Position numbers and translations under genes: made by a program. This document shows positions 29,438-39,208 of a DNA stretch of 64,000 nt, piece after piece. The stretch comes from an uncultured delta proteobacterium (GTDB lineage: Bacteria; Desulfobacterota; RBG-13-43-22): NCBI GenBank assembly GCA_963802945.1, contig CAWDKY010000029.1, forward strand, positions 128,001 to 192,000, read 5' to 3'. Position 1 is the stretch's first letter. Each line of letters opens with the position of its first letter. Under the pieces are notes generated by a model, which did not search any database, was not told the origin of the DNA, and saw nothing but the letters and a program-made list of their open reading frames with translations.

Positions 29438-29513
29438 TGGTGGGCCGTGCAGGGCTCGAACCTGCGACCTACTGATTAAGAGTCAGTTGCTCTACCTGTT
29501 GAGCTAACGGCCC
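29438..29513 (-). tRNA. tRNA-Lys (CTT)
   Basis: GGGCCGTTAGCTCAACAGGTAGAGCAACTGACT-CTT-AATCAG...GGTTCGAGCCC...CGGCCCACCA; 76 nt with encoded CCA. Confidence 0.97.
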
Positions 29514-29592
29514 AATTGGAATTTTTCTAACATAATTTATTTGAGATGACAATAGGAAAAACCTTTGAGGTATAAAAAGTTCCCGGAACAAA

Positions 29593-29859
29593 TTATGAAC
29601 CTGTTTTGGTTCCTTTGATTTGCATCAGACAGTCAAAAATCCGTTCCAGTCGAGTTTTAGGCAATCCTCCGAAGGCGGCTTCCAGATCAGGCCTGGAAAA
29701 GTTCTCGGCTAAAAAGGAATCCACGGGAATTCGTTTCTCCCAGCAGCCGATTAAATTTCGACAGGGCAAAGGGGACTGCGCTCGGCGGCAGTATTGGAAA
29801 TTCATCATCATCCCCAGTTGGGGGCAATAAATTTCCAAATGGTCGTAAGTTTCAATCAT
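29593..29859 (-). CDS. Small Cys-containing conserved hypothetical protein
   Basis: CPQLG..YCR..PCRNLIGCW pattern; same orientation as trpB2. Confidence 0.65.
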   Translation of the reverse strand: MIETYDHLEIYCPQLGMMMNFQYCRRAQSPLPCRNLIGCWEKRIPVDSFLAENFSRPDLEAAFGGLPKTRLERIFDCLMQIKGTKTGS

Positions 29860-29867
29860 AAAGAATG

Positions 29868-29960
29868 GTTCAAGTTTTAAGGTTTCGAGGTATAAGGTTC
29901 AAGGAATAGGGTTGAGACGTGTTGTTTTTCCTTGAACCTTACACCCTGAACCTTATGCCT
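29868..29960. repeat. Heptamer-repeat palindrome (aaggttc/gaacctt)
   Basis: Same unit as 2900-2950. Confidence 0.6.
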
Positions 29961-29966
29961 GCCTTT

Positions 29967-31334
29967 TTATATTTTCGGCTTGGGAAATTTTTCCAGGGCT
30001 TTTAATGACTTTCGGATCTCTTCGTCTGGCAGTTCAAAATCAGACAGTTTCCCTTCGAAATAGGCATTGTAGGCCATCATATCCACCAGGCCATGGCCGC
30101 TCCAGTTGACCAGTATGGTCTTGGCTTTGCCCTCTTCCTTGCATTTCTTGGCCTCGGAGATAACTACGGCCAGGGCATGATCGGTTTCCGGTGCCGGGAT
30201 ATTCCCTTCGGTCCTGGCCCAGGTCACCCCGGCGGCAAAGGTTTCCAATTGGCCAACGGCCCTCGGTTCGACCAGTTTATCCAGGATGAGCTGGGAGACA
30301 ATGGGGGCCATTCCATGATAACGGAGGCCTCCGGCGTGAATGGGAGCAGGGACAAAGGTATGACCCAAACTAAACATGGGGAGTAAGGGCGTCATTTGCA
30401 CGGTATCCCCGAAGTCATAGACAAAGGGACCTTTGGTCATGGTCGGACAGGAGGAAGGTTCAACGGCGATAATCTCGACTTTCTTTCCGCCAATCTTATC
30501 TCGGACAAAGGGAAGGGCCAGTCCGGCGAAGTTGCTCCCGCCGCCGGCACAACCGATGACGATGTCAGGATATTCCCCGATTTTTTGAAATTGTTTCTGG
30601 GCCTCCTGGCCGATGATGGTTTGATGGAGCAAGACGTGATTTAAGACGCTGCCCAAAGAATATTTGCTGTTCGGGGTGGTCACCGCATCCTCCACGGCCT
30701 CACTGATGGCAATACCCAGACTTCCAGGAGAATTGGGATCCTGGTCCAATATGGTTCTCCCGGCCTTGGTATCCGGACTGGGGCTGGGGATGCAAGTCGC
30801 CCCCCAGGTGTTCATCATCAGCCGCCGGTAAGGTTTTTGATCATAACTGACCCGAACCATATAGACTTTTATTTCCAAACCAAAGAGGGCCCCGGCAAAA
30901 GCCAGGGCACTGCCCCATTGTCCGGCCCCGGTCTCCGTGGCTATCCGTTTGGTACCGGAGATCTTGTTGTAATAGGCCTGGGCCACGGCGGTGTTGGGTT
31001 TGTGACTGCCGGCCGGGCTAAGGCCTTCGTTCTTAAAATAGATTTTTGCCGGGGTCTGTAAAAACTGTTCCAGGGCATAGGCCCTACACAATGGTGACGG
31101 CCGCCAGATCAGATATTTTTCTAAAACCGGTTCAGGGATGTCGATAAAGCGCTGCGGACTGACTTCCTGTTCGATCAGAGGCATGGGAAAGATCGGGGCC
31201 AGATCATCCGGACCGACCGGTTGACCGGTGCCGGGGTGTAAGGGAGGTTGCATCCCGTTCGGCATATCCGGCAAAATGTTATACCACTGGCGGGGCATTT
31301 CGTCTTCAGTTAAAAGTATTTTTCGGGTCACCAT
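29967..31334 (-). CDS. trpB2: TrpB-like PLP enzyme (TrpB2)
   Basis: GSHKPNTA (PLP Lys), [24 protein letters not shown]. Confidence 0.93.
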   Translation of the reverse strand: MVTRKILLTEDEMPRQWYNILPDMPNGMQPPLHPGTGQPVGPDDLAPIFPMPLIEQEVSPQRFIDIPEPVLEKYLIWRPSPLCRAYALEQFLQTPAKIYFKNEGLSPAGSHKPNTAVAQAYYNKISGTKRIATETGAGQWGSALAFAGALFGLEIKVYMVRVSYDQKPYRRLMMNTWGATCIPSPSPDTKAGRTILDQDPNSPGSLGIAISEAVEDAVTTPNSKYSLGSVLNHVLLHQTIIGQEAQKQFQKIGEYPDIVIGCAGGGSNFAGLALPFVRDKIGGKKVEIIAVEPSSCPTMTKGPFVYDFGDTVQMTPLLPMFSLGHTFVPAPIHAGGLRYHGMAPIVSQLILDKLVEPRAVGQLETFAAGVTWARTEGNIPAPETDHALAVVISEAKKCKEEGKAKTILVNWSGHGLVDMMAYNAYFEGKLSDFELPDEEIRKSLKALEKFPKPKI

Positions 31335-31490
31335 GATTCCTCCTTTTCCTTAAGGATTGTATTTATTTTGTTGCACTATTTTTTGTTTTCATTGAGAATA
31401 TGGTCCTTCTGGCAGAGGCGATGACCTGCCGGAAAAAATATGCGGTTTACTATATAAAGATCGATTAAAACTGTCAATCAAATTTCTGAA

Positions 31491-31835
31491 ATGAAAAAAG
31501 AGGCCGTACCTTTAAAGACCATTGTCCAGGAGTTGTGGAGCGGAGGGAATTCCGTCATCGATCCCCTGATCCCGGCCGTCATTGAGGCCTGGGCCCAGGT
31601 GGTCCCTGACTCCATACGCCAGGGGATCTGTCTGGAAGGGATCCGTGAGGGGACTCTCCATCTGTTGGTTTCCAACCCTGTGGTCGGGCAGCAGTTTCAG
31701 TTTCTTAAGGAAACCATTCGGGAAAAAATGAATGTTATTTTGGGAGCTCCGCAAGTCAGAGAGATTCGGGTAAAACCCGGTTCGTTTCCGGAGATGCGCC
31801 CAACAGCTCCTGAGTCAGGGATAATGAAGGAATAA
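31491..31835 (+). CDS. DUF721 / DciA-family protein
   Basis: AWAQVV, LHLLVSNPVVGQQFQFLKETIREKMN, VREIRV. Confidence 0.75.
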   Translation: MKKEAVPLKTIVQELWSGGNSVIDPLIPAVIEAWAQVVPDSIRQGICLEGIREGTLHLLVSNPVVGQQFQFLKETIREKMNVILGAPQVREIRVKPGSFPEMRPTAPESGIMKE

Positions 31836-32092
31836 GCGATAAAACAAGAATCGTAAAAAGGGGGAAAAGGGCAAAGGGCTTTCTCATTTTGACCTCCGCA
31901 ATAAAGGCAAGATTAACCCCTTTAGGTTCTATTTGCAAGAGGTTTGAAAAGAACTGGCAGACCCTTTCCTATTTGAGGACTTCATCTAACTACTCTTCTA
32001 AAGAGGGAATCCTGAAAATTAATGATTACTGTTTGAAATGTGCACAAGAAAAGGTAGAGCCCGCCTTATCTCTCTCGTCTTCTTTAATTGCA

Positions 32093-32480
32093 TTAGTGTG
32101 GCATGATCAGGTTAAAAAGTTTGTCGGCCTTTTTCGGATCGAGGCTCTGCAGTTTCCGGACGGCATCCAGGGCGGCTGACCGGTTGCCGGAAACTATATA
32201 AGCGTATCCGAGGCCGTACCAAGCGTCGGCATTTTTCGGACCAATCCTGACGGCTTGGCGATAGGCCTCGACGGCGTCATCGTAGCGCTTGAGGTTGAGA
32301 TAAGTGGCCCCGAGGTTGTCCTAGGAGCTGAAATTCTTCGGATCGATTACGCAGGGCCTGGCGATAGGCCTCGATTTCGTCGTCGTAGCGCTTGAAGTAG
32401 TCGTAAGCGAACGCAAGTAATCTCCAACAGCCGGCATCCTTTGGTTCGCTTTTCGTACACCGCTGGGACGAATCAAGCAT
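32093..32480 (-). pseudogene. Decayed tetratricopeptide-repeat protein C-terminus
   Basis: Repeated RYDD.(I/V)EAYRQA.R TPR units ending NRSAALDAVRKLQSLDPKKADKLFNLIMPH*; frameshift plus in-frame TAG. Confidence 0.65.
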
Positions 32481-32665
32481 CAATAGAGAGAAAAATTTTT
32501 GGGACATCAACGGGTTCGGGCTTTTGTTCAAATTTAAAATTTGGCCCCATTTTAAATCCCAGAAAGAACGTTTACGAAAACGATTTGCAATACCTCCGGA
32601 TAGGACTTATAATAATAAACAGAGTTAACTTCTCACAACACACAGTTCTAAAAAGATGGAAAAGT

Positions 32666-33238
32666 ATGAATCTTAAGCTTTCTGGAGATAGACTGTTGGG
32701 CTGGACTGTTTGCATCGTTCTAACCCTTTATTGTTCCATCGGTTTTCCAACTGAGGCCCTAGCCCCGAGAAGCACGTTGCCTGGGTTTCAAATAAAAATG
32801 CCCAATTCGCCTGAAATAAACAGTTACTTAGGGCTTAAGCGTGCCAAGACTTTTTCTTTGTCCCAGGTTCAGGCCAAGTTCCTGGTGGTTGAGTTCTTTG
32901 ACGTTTTTTGCCCGGTCTGTCAGGGAAATGCCCCCTCGGTCAACCGGCTTTTTGAATTCATTCAAGAAGACAAAGAACTAAAGAAAAAAACAAAAATGTT
33001 GGGTATCGCTCTCGAAGGCAAGTCCGGTGATTTGGCTGTTTACAAACAGGGATTCAAAGTAGAATTTCCTCTGTTTTCAGATGACGATAACGAGATCAAG
33101 ACCCTTTCAAAAGTGAAATATGTCCCACTGTTAATCATAGTTGATAAGAATGGGAAGATCCTTATGAGCCACGCCGGTCAGATAAAAGATTTGGACCCTT
33201 TTTTGGCGGAACTCAGAAAACTTAGTAAGGCCTTTTGA
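32666..33238 (+). CDS. Exported TlpA/peroxiredoxin-like thioredoxin-fold protein
   Basis: Signal-like N-terminus, FCPVC, FPLFSD, VPLLIIVD. Confidence 0.75.
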   Translation: MNLKLSGDRLLGWTVCIVLTLYCSIGFPTEALAPRSTLPGFQIKMPNSPEINSYLGLKRAKTFSLSQVQAKFLVVEFFDVFCPVCQGNAPSVNRLFEFIQEDKELKKKTKMLGIALEGKSGDLAVYKQGFKVEFPLFSDDDNEIKTLSKVKYVPLLIIVDKNGKILMSHAGQIKDLDPFLAELRKLSKAF

Positions 33239-33273
33239 CAATTTGACAGAAGAAAAGGGAAATTCCTTCCAAT

Positions 33274-34185
33274 ATGGCCGAAGAGGAAAAAGACAAAAAT
33301 TTTAAGGCCCTGGCCGAAAGCCGCCTGTTCGAAAACTTGAACCGGGAAGCCCTTGAGGCCATTGCCGCTATTGCTCTGGAAGTGACCTTGCCTCCCGATA
33401 CGGTCTTCGCCCGGATGGGAGATACCGGAGGAAGCGGCTGCCTTATTGTCTCCGGAGGGGTGAAGATTTTCAGGCCTGGGAAAGACGGCGCCGAAATTGA
33501 AATCACCCGATTGGGGCCGGGAGAAAGTTTCGGAGAAGCGAACCTTTTAGCTGAGGAACCTATCCCGACTTCCGTTAAGACCTTGGAAGAATCCCGTCTG
33601 ATCGTCATTCAAAGGGAACCATTCGGTCCGATTATGCAGAAATATCCTGAGGTGTCGGCGGCCATCGGAAAAGCTGTTTCCCACTGGCTGGATCGTGCCA
33701 GTACCAATATCGAACGTCGCATCAACCCTCAGGCTGCATCTTTGAGGTGGATTGACTTTATTCCGATCATCGGCATCAGTCTGGTTTGTGCCTTGGCTTT
33801 TAATGCCTCAAATCCCAAGGGTATCCCCATCATTCCAAAAAGTTTTGCCAGAGAATCCCTTTCTTATATAAGCCCTTCAGCCGCTTATGATAAATATAAA
33901 CAAGGCAAAATTCTTGTAATAGATGCCATGCCCTCCATTTTTTATGATCAGGAGCACATCGATAAGGCCCTAAGTCTCCCCCTAGACATCTTTGACTTTA
34001 TGTATGACATCGACCTGGCGAAAATTGACAAAGATAAGGAAATCATCGTCTATGGGAGATCCATCAGTAAACATTACGATGAAGAAGTGGCCAATAAACT
34101 CGTCCTCAGAGGGTTCAAGGATGTAAAAATTCTGAAGGGCGGGCGGGCGGGCTGGGAAAAAAATCATTATCCGGTGGTTCCATGA
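33274..34185 (+). CDS. cNMP-binding domain - TM - rhodanese-like fusion protein
   Basis: LGPGESFGE cNMP motif; TM IIGISLVCALAF; IDAMP..YDQEHIDKA, LKGG.AGW. Confidence 0.8.
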   Translation: MAEEEKDKNFKALAESRLFENLNREALEAIAAIALEVTLPPDTVFARMGDTGGSGCLIVSGGVKIFRPGKDGAEIEITRLGPGESFGEANLLAEEPIPTSVKTLEESRLIVIQREPFGPIMQKYPEVSAAIGKAVSHWLDRASTNIERRINPQAASLRWIDFIPIIGISLVCALAFNASNPKGIPIIPKSFARESLSYISPSAAYDKYKQGKILVIDAMPSIFYDQEHIDKALSLPLDIFDFMYDIDLAKIDKDKEIIVYGRSISKHYDEEVANKLVLRGFKDVKILKGGRAGWEKNHYPVVP

Positions 34186-34673
34186 AGTCTATCCTGATCT
34201 TAACGAAAAAATTATTGACCCATCGATATCTTTCCCTTGCCTTTAGAACTTACATCGGATGGATTTTCATCTATGCCAGCTTAAGTAAAATACCCGATCC
34301 CCTTATTTTTGCCGAAAATGTGGCCAATTATCAGATCATTCCTTTTGTGGCTATTAACTTGGTGGCTGTTATCCTGCCCTGGCTGGAACTGGTCTGCGGC
34401 TTTTACTTTGTCCTTGGTCTGAGGACAAAGGTCACGGCCTCGGTTTTAATCGGTCTCCTTTTTTTATTCACACTTTTTATCATTATTAATATATTTTGGG
34501 GATCTAAAATGAGCTGCGGATGTTTTGACACCGTTGGGGATCCGATCGGTTGGAAGAAGGTCATTGTAAATATTATCTGGCTTCTCATGACCATTCAGGT
34601 ATTTTTCTTTGACCGGATTCATTTTTTTCGCCAGCACGAACTTTCTTTTAGAAAAAGTTCCGGTTCCTATTAG
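34182..34673 (+). CDS. DoxX/MauE-family membrane protein
   Basis: IFIYASLSKI, LPWLELVCG, SCGCF. Confidence 0.85.
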   Translation: MKSILILTKKLLTHRYLSLAFRTYIGWIFIYASLSKIPDPLIFAENVANYQIIPFVAINLVAVILPWLELVCGFYFVLGLRTKVTASVLIGLLFLFTLFIIINIFWGSKMSCGCFDTVGDPIGWKKVIVNIIWLLMTIQVFFFDRIHFFRQHELSFRKSSGSY

Positions 34674-34680
34674 GGGGAAT

Positions 34681-35025
34681 ATGTCAGAATTAAGAAGATA
34701 TTTTTCTTGTTTTTTCCTTCTGTTAATTGTCACGATGTTATTAATTGGTGCCTGTTCTAAAGAAAAAGAAATCCTCGGGACTTATCAAGCTGTACCAGAC
34801 AGCCCGCCAAGGTTTGCAGGCCTCTTGGTGGAATTAAAAAAAGGGGGGGAAGGTATCCGCCGGATCAAAAACGGAGAAGCATTAACCTTCCAATGGGTCA
34901 TCAAGGGAGACGAAATACGTATCCATACCAGATCCGGAGGAATTATTGTGGCCAGACCGAAAGGCGACCTGTATGAGGTTATATTTCCCGGCCCTCAAAT
35001 CGTCTATTTCAAAAAAATCAAGTGA
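34681..35025 (+). CDS. Putative lipoprotein
   Basis: LLIGAC lipobox; GGGGAA RBS. Confidence 0.6.
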   Translation: MSELRRYFSCFFLLLIVTMLLIGACSKEKEILGTYQAVPDSPPRFAGLLVELKKGGEGIRRIKNGEALTFQWVIKGDEIRIHTRSGGIIVARPKGDLYEVIFPGPQIVYFKKIK

Positions 35026-35100
35026 CTTAAATGTTACATCGCGGTTCTCTAACAAAATTTCCTCGCACATGGCCTCATAGCACTGAATTTAACGATTTCG

Positions 35101-35846
35101 GTAGAGTAGAGAGCTGGCGCCGAGCTGGAGCCGCTTTTGAACTTTTCGATGCACGCATCTATTTAGAACTATAGCGGTCAGAGGTTTCCAGCTCCCCCTC
35201 GTCAAACCGTACGTTCGGTTTTCCCGAATACGGCTTACCGATCATCTTCTTCCAGAGGCTTTCGCCTAAACTTGGCACTCTGATATAGTTTCCACCAAAG
35301 GTTCCGAATCTCTCGGAGTTAAGAGCGCTTCTGCAATCTCCTTTTCTTCCCTTCTTCAGAAACATGATGAAAGTATTGCCCCTTCCCTCTCCCAAGGTTA
35401 TGCTGTCCTTGAGATACCATCGGTACTATGGGCAACTCCGACTCCCTGGCCGACCTGGTAAAACTTCATCTCCTTATATTTACCCGTTGCTCTCCTGTTG
35501 AGCATCGACCAGGGTCTCCCGTGCTCATTGTCGTATGGCTTCCCCTGTGTGTCACCCTTGTTACTCCGGGAGTCCACCTGTCGGTTCTGGCAGTTATGGT
35601 TAGGATAGATGCACCGGTCTTCCCCAGTGTAGGAGGGGGTCGACAACTCCATTGAGAATTTCGAGGCTACATATAGGTTCGCTTGCGCTGCAACCCGCAG
35701 GTTTGCTCAACTCCCTTATTGGAGCCTTCGTCAGGAAATTTAGTGCTTCAGGTTACCCCTTACACCTCCCTCAAGCTATGTGGGCGAACTGCCGAACTCC
35801 CACCATCGGACTTTAGCCGACCAGTCATACGTTTTACACGGCATAC
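35101..35846 (-). mobile_element. Group II intron RNA with internally deleted RT ORF
   Basis: 5' GTATGCCGTG; domain V AAGCCGTATTCGGGAAAACCGAACGTACGGTTTG; domain VI GAGCTGG...CCAGCTCTCTACTCTAC 3' end; only a short RT N-terminal remnant. Confidence 0.85.
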
Positions 35847-35903
35847 CCTACAAATCTTGTTTGGGAACTGGACTGAAGGGCAATGGTTACGGATTGAATG
35901 CTT

Positions 35904-35992
35904 GCGTAACGATTTAATTCACCGTCCTGCACGGCTTTTCTTCTTTTCGGCCGTATTCGTAAGGCAGTAAGCGAAGCAGATTATAGTTAGGC
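35904..35992 (+). repeat. Degenerate attC-like site
   Basis: GCGTAAC ... GTTAGGC ends with AATTCAC inner box and an internal hairpin. Confidence 0.35.
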
Positions 35993-36014
35993 GGAAAAGA
36001 CTTTTCAACCACCA

Positions 36015-36779
36015 TCAGAACTGAAGGCCTAATTCCAACAAGGGTCCGCTGAATCGAACATCAGACTTGATATCAAGCGTATCAAAAACGACTTCCTCAT
36101 AGCGGTATCCGGCACTCACAAAGGCAAAGCTAAAGAAGTTATATTTTATTCTTCCGATGAGGTCATAAAACTGATTGCCATTATAGGCAATACCGCGGAT
36201 TTCTCCCTCCAGAGAAAGGGATTTAACAGGCCTGACCTGGATACCGAGGTAAATCATTGGTACCGGCAGATAAAAACTCTCGGATTGCATATTGCCCCCC
36301 TGAGTAACCTTGGCCTGGACATCAAAAACCCTCATGTTGAATCCTAAATCTACATTTAACATCCCCTGGGTGGCTGACTTAATAAAGGGGACCCCATAGT
36401 AGAGTGCCAAATCATAGTGGTCCAGTTTGACGTTGGAAGTAAAAGAGGTGCCAGCAACAAAGGTTTGATTACCAAAGGTGAAGGAAGTATTTTTTGCAGC
36501 AGTGCCATCGTAGCTAAGAGGAGTAGCCATTAAGTAAATATTAGGGAATAAACGTGGCAATTCAACTTTAGCCCTTCCAAAAAATTTTACTTCCGAGGAG
36601 TAATTCAAATCATTTTTCAGATCTAGGGAATCCCCTTCATAGCCTATCCCTCCCCCTGGTTCGGCATACCAGACCCCAAAGGCCGCTTCAAAGCCCACTG
36701 CTTGGACAACTTGAGGAAAATCCATTAAAAGCCAACCTAAAAATACGATTGTCAAAAGCCAGGTATGCTTTTTGCCCAT
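36015..36779 (-). CDS. Outer-membrane beta-barrel protein (TIGR04219-like)
   Basis: Signal peptide, LFPNIYL, YDLALYY, PVPMIYLG, C-terminal LGLQF. Confidence 0.8.
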   Translation of the reverse strand: MGKKHTWLLTIVFLGWLLMDFPQVVQAVGFEAAFGVWYAEPGGGIGYEGDSLDLKNDLNYSSEVKFFGRAKVELPRLFPNIYLMATPLSYDGTAAKNTSFTFGNQTFVAGTSFTSNVKLDHYDLALYYGVPFIKSATQGMLNVDLGFNMRVFDVQAKVTQGGNMQSESFYLPVPMIYLGIQVRPVKSLSLEGEIRGIAYNGNQFYDLIGRIKYNFFSFAFVSAGYRYEEVVFDTLDIKSDVRFSGPLLELGLQF

Positions 36780-37655
36780 TCTAAATCGATCCTTCTTTTG
36801 TGGAAAATTGATAAAAACGATCTAATGCTTGTCATAAGGGTCTATGAAGGTTGCCGTGTATATTTTCAGACCTTTTGAGACACATTCACCTGATATGAGT
36901 TTGCGCTTTGTTCTTGGCCTGGGTCGTTGTTTTGGTTAATATTCCTGCCTTGCAATTTATACTTCTTCCTGCGTTCTAAGGTCAACTGTTTCTTTTCCTC
37001 ACCCCTCATAAATGATATCCCCTTTCTTTGGGACTGTATGAATAGCAAAAATATACCGGCTGAAATTGTGAAAACATAGCTCCATATAAATAAAACCTCT
37101 TAAAAGAAACTAGACATCTACTTCCTCTATTCCATCCTTTCTCCTAATTCGGACTAATCTCATTACTTGGTCCCGGTACTTACAGTGTTACCGATTTTCA
37201 GAAAATATCTTGAGAGCTGAAAATAGCCTTTTTTTGATTTTTCCAAATTTCATTCCAAAAAATTGACCCCAAAAATAAGGCTTCAAAACCTGTGTTTGAA
37301 GGCTTAAAACAGTCAAAAGAAGCCTAGGATTGAGGCCCATTTTGCTTGACTGTATAAAATATAAGAAGATGCATGGTTTTTCTCTAGATCGGTTAAAACT
37401 ACAATTAGAAGCCGTTTTTGAGAGTTTTGTTTTGGTATGGAATATTGGCTATAATTATTGATCGTTGGAAGTTATTCCGGCGATCTTTCTGTTTTGACAG
37501 CATGATGCTTAAAGATTGCACATACTCTTCAAAAAAACTGGTCCCAAACATTGAGGATTACGGATTGAAATATGGAATAAAAGGTTGGACTACCCCGGCC
37601 TTGAACTTGAGGTATCATTGCTCTTTTTTGGTTATAATCACTTCCTCCCTTGTGG

Positions 37656-38114
37656 CTAACTCAGGACATCCCCTTTCCCTATTTTATTATCCTTTATCTT
37701 CTTTAAGGTTTCTGCTTTGAGCAGAACCTTTCTCGAAGCAATGGCTTCCCGTTTAGTAATTTTCTTGGAACTGACATTAACCATCTTGGCCCGGCCCTTT
37801 GCATCCACATGGGTCCACTCTTTAAAATCCAGAGAAGCATTTGGGCCGTCCGTTTGACCAGGCAAGGTATCCTCGCCTTTTTTCTCACTATTCTTTCCTA
37901 ATCCTTTTGGTTCCAAGAGTAATTCTTTTTCGAAAGGAAAATCCACTTTGCCGGCAGCGATTTCTCGAAGGGCCACAACCACTTCTTTGTTATTGCTTTG
38001 GACCCTTGGGGCATCTCCGGCCCGCAGTTGCTTAACTCTTTGAAATGCTAAATGAATTAATGAAAAACGATTAGGAACTTGTTCGAGGCAATCCTTTATA
38101 GTGACTCTTGCCAC
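37656..38114 (-). CDS. rpoZ: RNA polymerase omega subunit fused to a truncated MoaC N-terminus
   Basis: MARVTIKDCLEQVPNRFSLIHLA..R..QL..K.VVVALREIAAGK, then THVDAKGRAKMVNVSSK..T.REA.A...KGDVL. Confidence 0.8.
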   Translation of the reverse strand: MARVTIKDCLEQVPNRFSLIHLAFQRVKQLRAGDAPRVQSNNKEVVVALREIAAGKVDFPFEKELLLEPKGLGKNSEKKGEDTLPGQTDGPNASLDFKEWTHVDAKGRAKMVNVSSKKITKREAIASRKVLLKAETLKKIKDNKIGKGDVLS

Positions 38115-38254
38115 GTTTGGTCCTCCAAAAAGTAGTTAAAATTAAATTGAATAATATAACTCATTTCTTATCCCTAATGAGAGGTTGCCAACAAGAAAAT
38201 GATGACCCACATAAAATAAATGATGAATCACCTTTGACAGCTATCTCAATTAGC

Positions 38255-38606
38255 TCATTTTTTGATAAGAACTTCAAGCCCCTTGATGCACGCTTGGGCT
38301 ACAGAAGTGTCAGCCTTTTCTTGCCCGGGCATTTTATCCCAGCCCCCTTTTTCAATGAATTCACCTTGCTTTTCCGCAATCTAATCCCCCTAATTCTTTA
38401 AGTTTCTCTTCATGGTTCGGTTGCTTCATAAACTGAGCGACACAGATCGCCGCCTGACTCGCCAAGACCGCCTCGTCGGCCGTCTTTTGGGTAGTGCCCT
38501 TGGTTGACCAACCACCCCAGGCAAAGCCGATGATCATTGCGATGACGGCGCCACAAATAAGGCCCCAAACTCCATACTTAACCTTCCCTGTAGTTTCTGG
38601 TTTCAT
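38255..38606 (-). CDS. Small membrane-anchored hypothetical protein (frameshift near 38375)
   Basis: WGLICGAVIAMIIGFAWGGW..ICVAQF, continuing GEFIEKGGWDKMPGQ..AQAC in the next frame; GGAGG RBS. Confidence 0.65.
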
Positions 38607-39208
38607 TACTACCTCCCTAAATTATGGTGACATCCTTATTTAATTAGACAATGGCATATTACCATAAGACAATTGAAAACCTAACAGAAAATAACGTAGT
38701 ATAAATATCGAATAAGCCCCCAAAGAAATTTATTTCCCTCTTTGGAGGCTTTATATTGGTACCTTCCGGTAATTCCTTCTCATGTCTTTTTCCGAAAAGT
38801 TAGAGGTTAGGTTGTTAGATTGATGCTGATTGGAAAGAGTATCAACCAACTTCATTTCGCTCTTTTCCATGTTTTATCTACCTACACGCCCTACACTAAT
38901 TTTGCAAGGGGTAGGTGTCTCACTATTATTGGCACAGAGGGTTTGGTCTGTCTGCAAGACCGATTCTCTTGTATTTAGGTTTAATCGGATGTATGGTGAA
39001 GTGAATTAGTTGCCAAGAGCCTTTTAAAAATTGATGCCTGGCCCGCTAAGAACTCTAAACAACTTCTTTGCGGGTTTTTTATTATTCATGGCAGGCATTA
39101 CCTTACCACTGCTAAAGTCGAGGCTGCCGCAGATTCTCGGTTGCCGGGGTGTATGATCACACGGTGTTTATGGAGTAAGGATTACTCTAATAGGAGGTAT
39201 GAGGTATA

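Noticed and set aside
29438-29513. tRNA-Lys as an island integration site
   Set aside because: No duplicated tRNA 3' end or integrase seen by eye in the window.
35159-35970. Several short ORFs (75-95 aa) in the ORF track
   Set aside because: They overlap the structured group II intron RNA and have no protein-like features.
38929-38947. TGGCAC motif as a sigma54 promoter (also 21580 and 37044)
   Set aside because: The GG-N10-GC spacing is not met.
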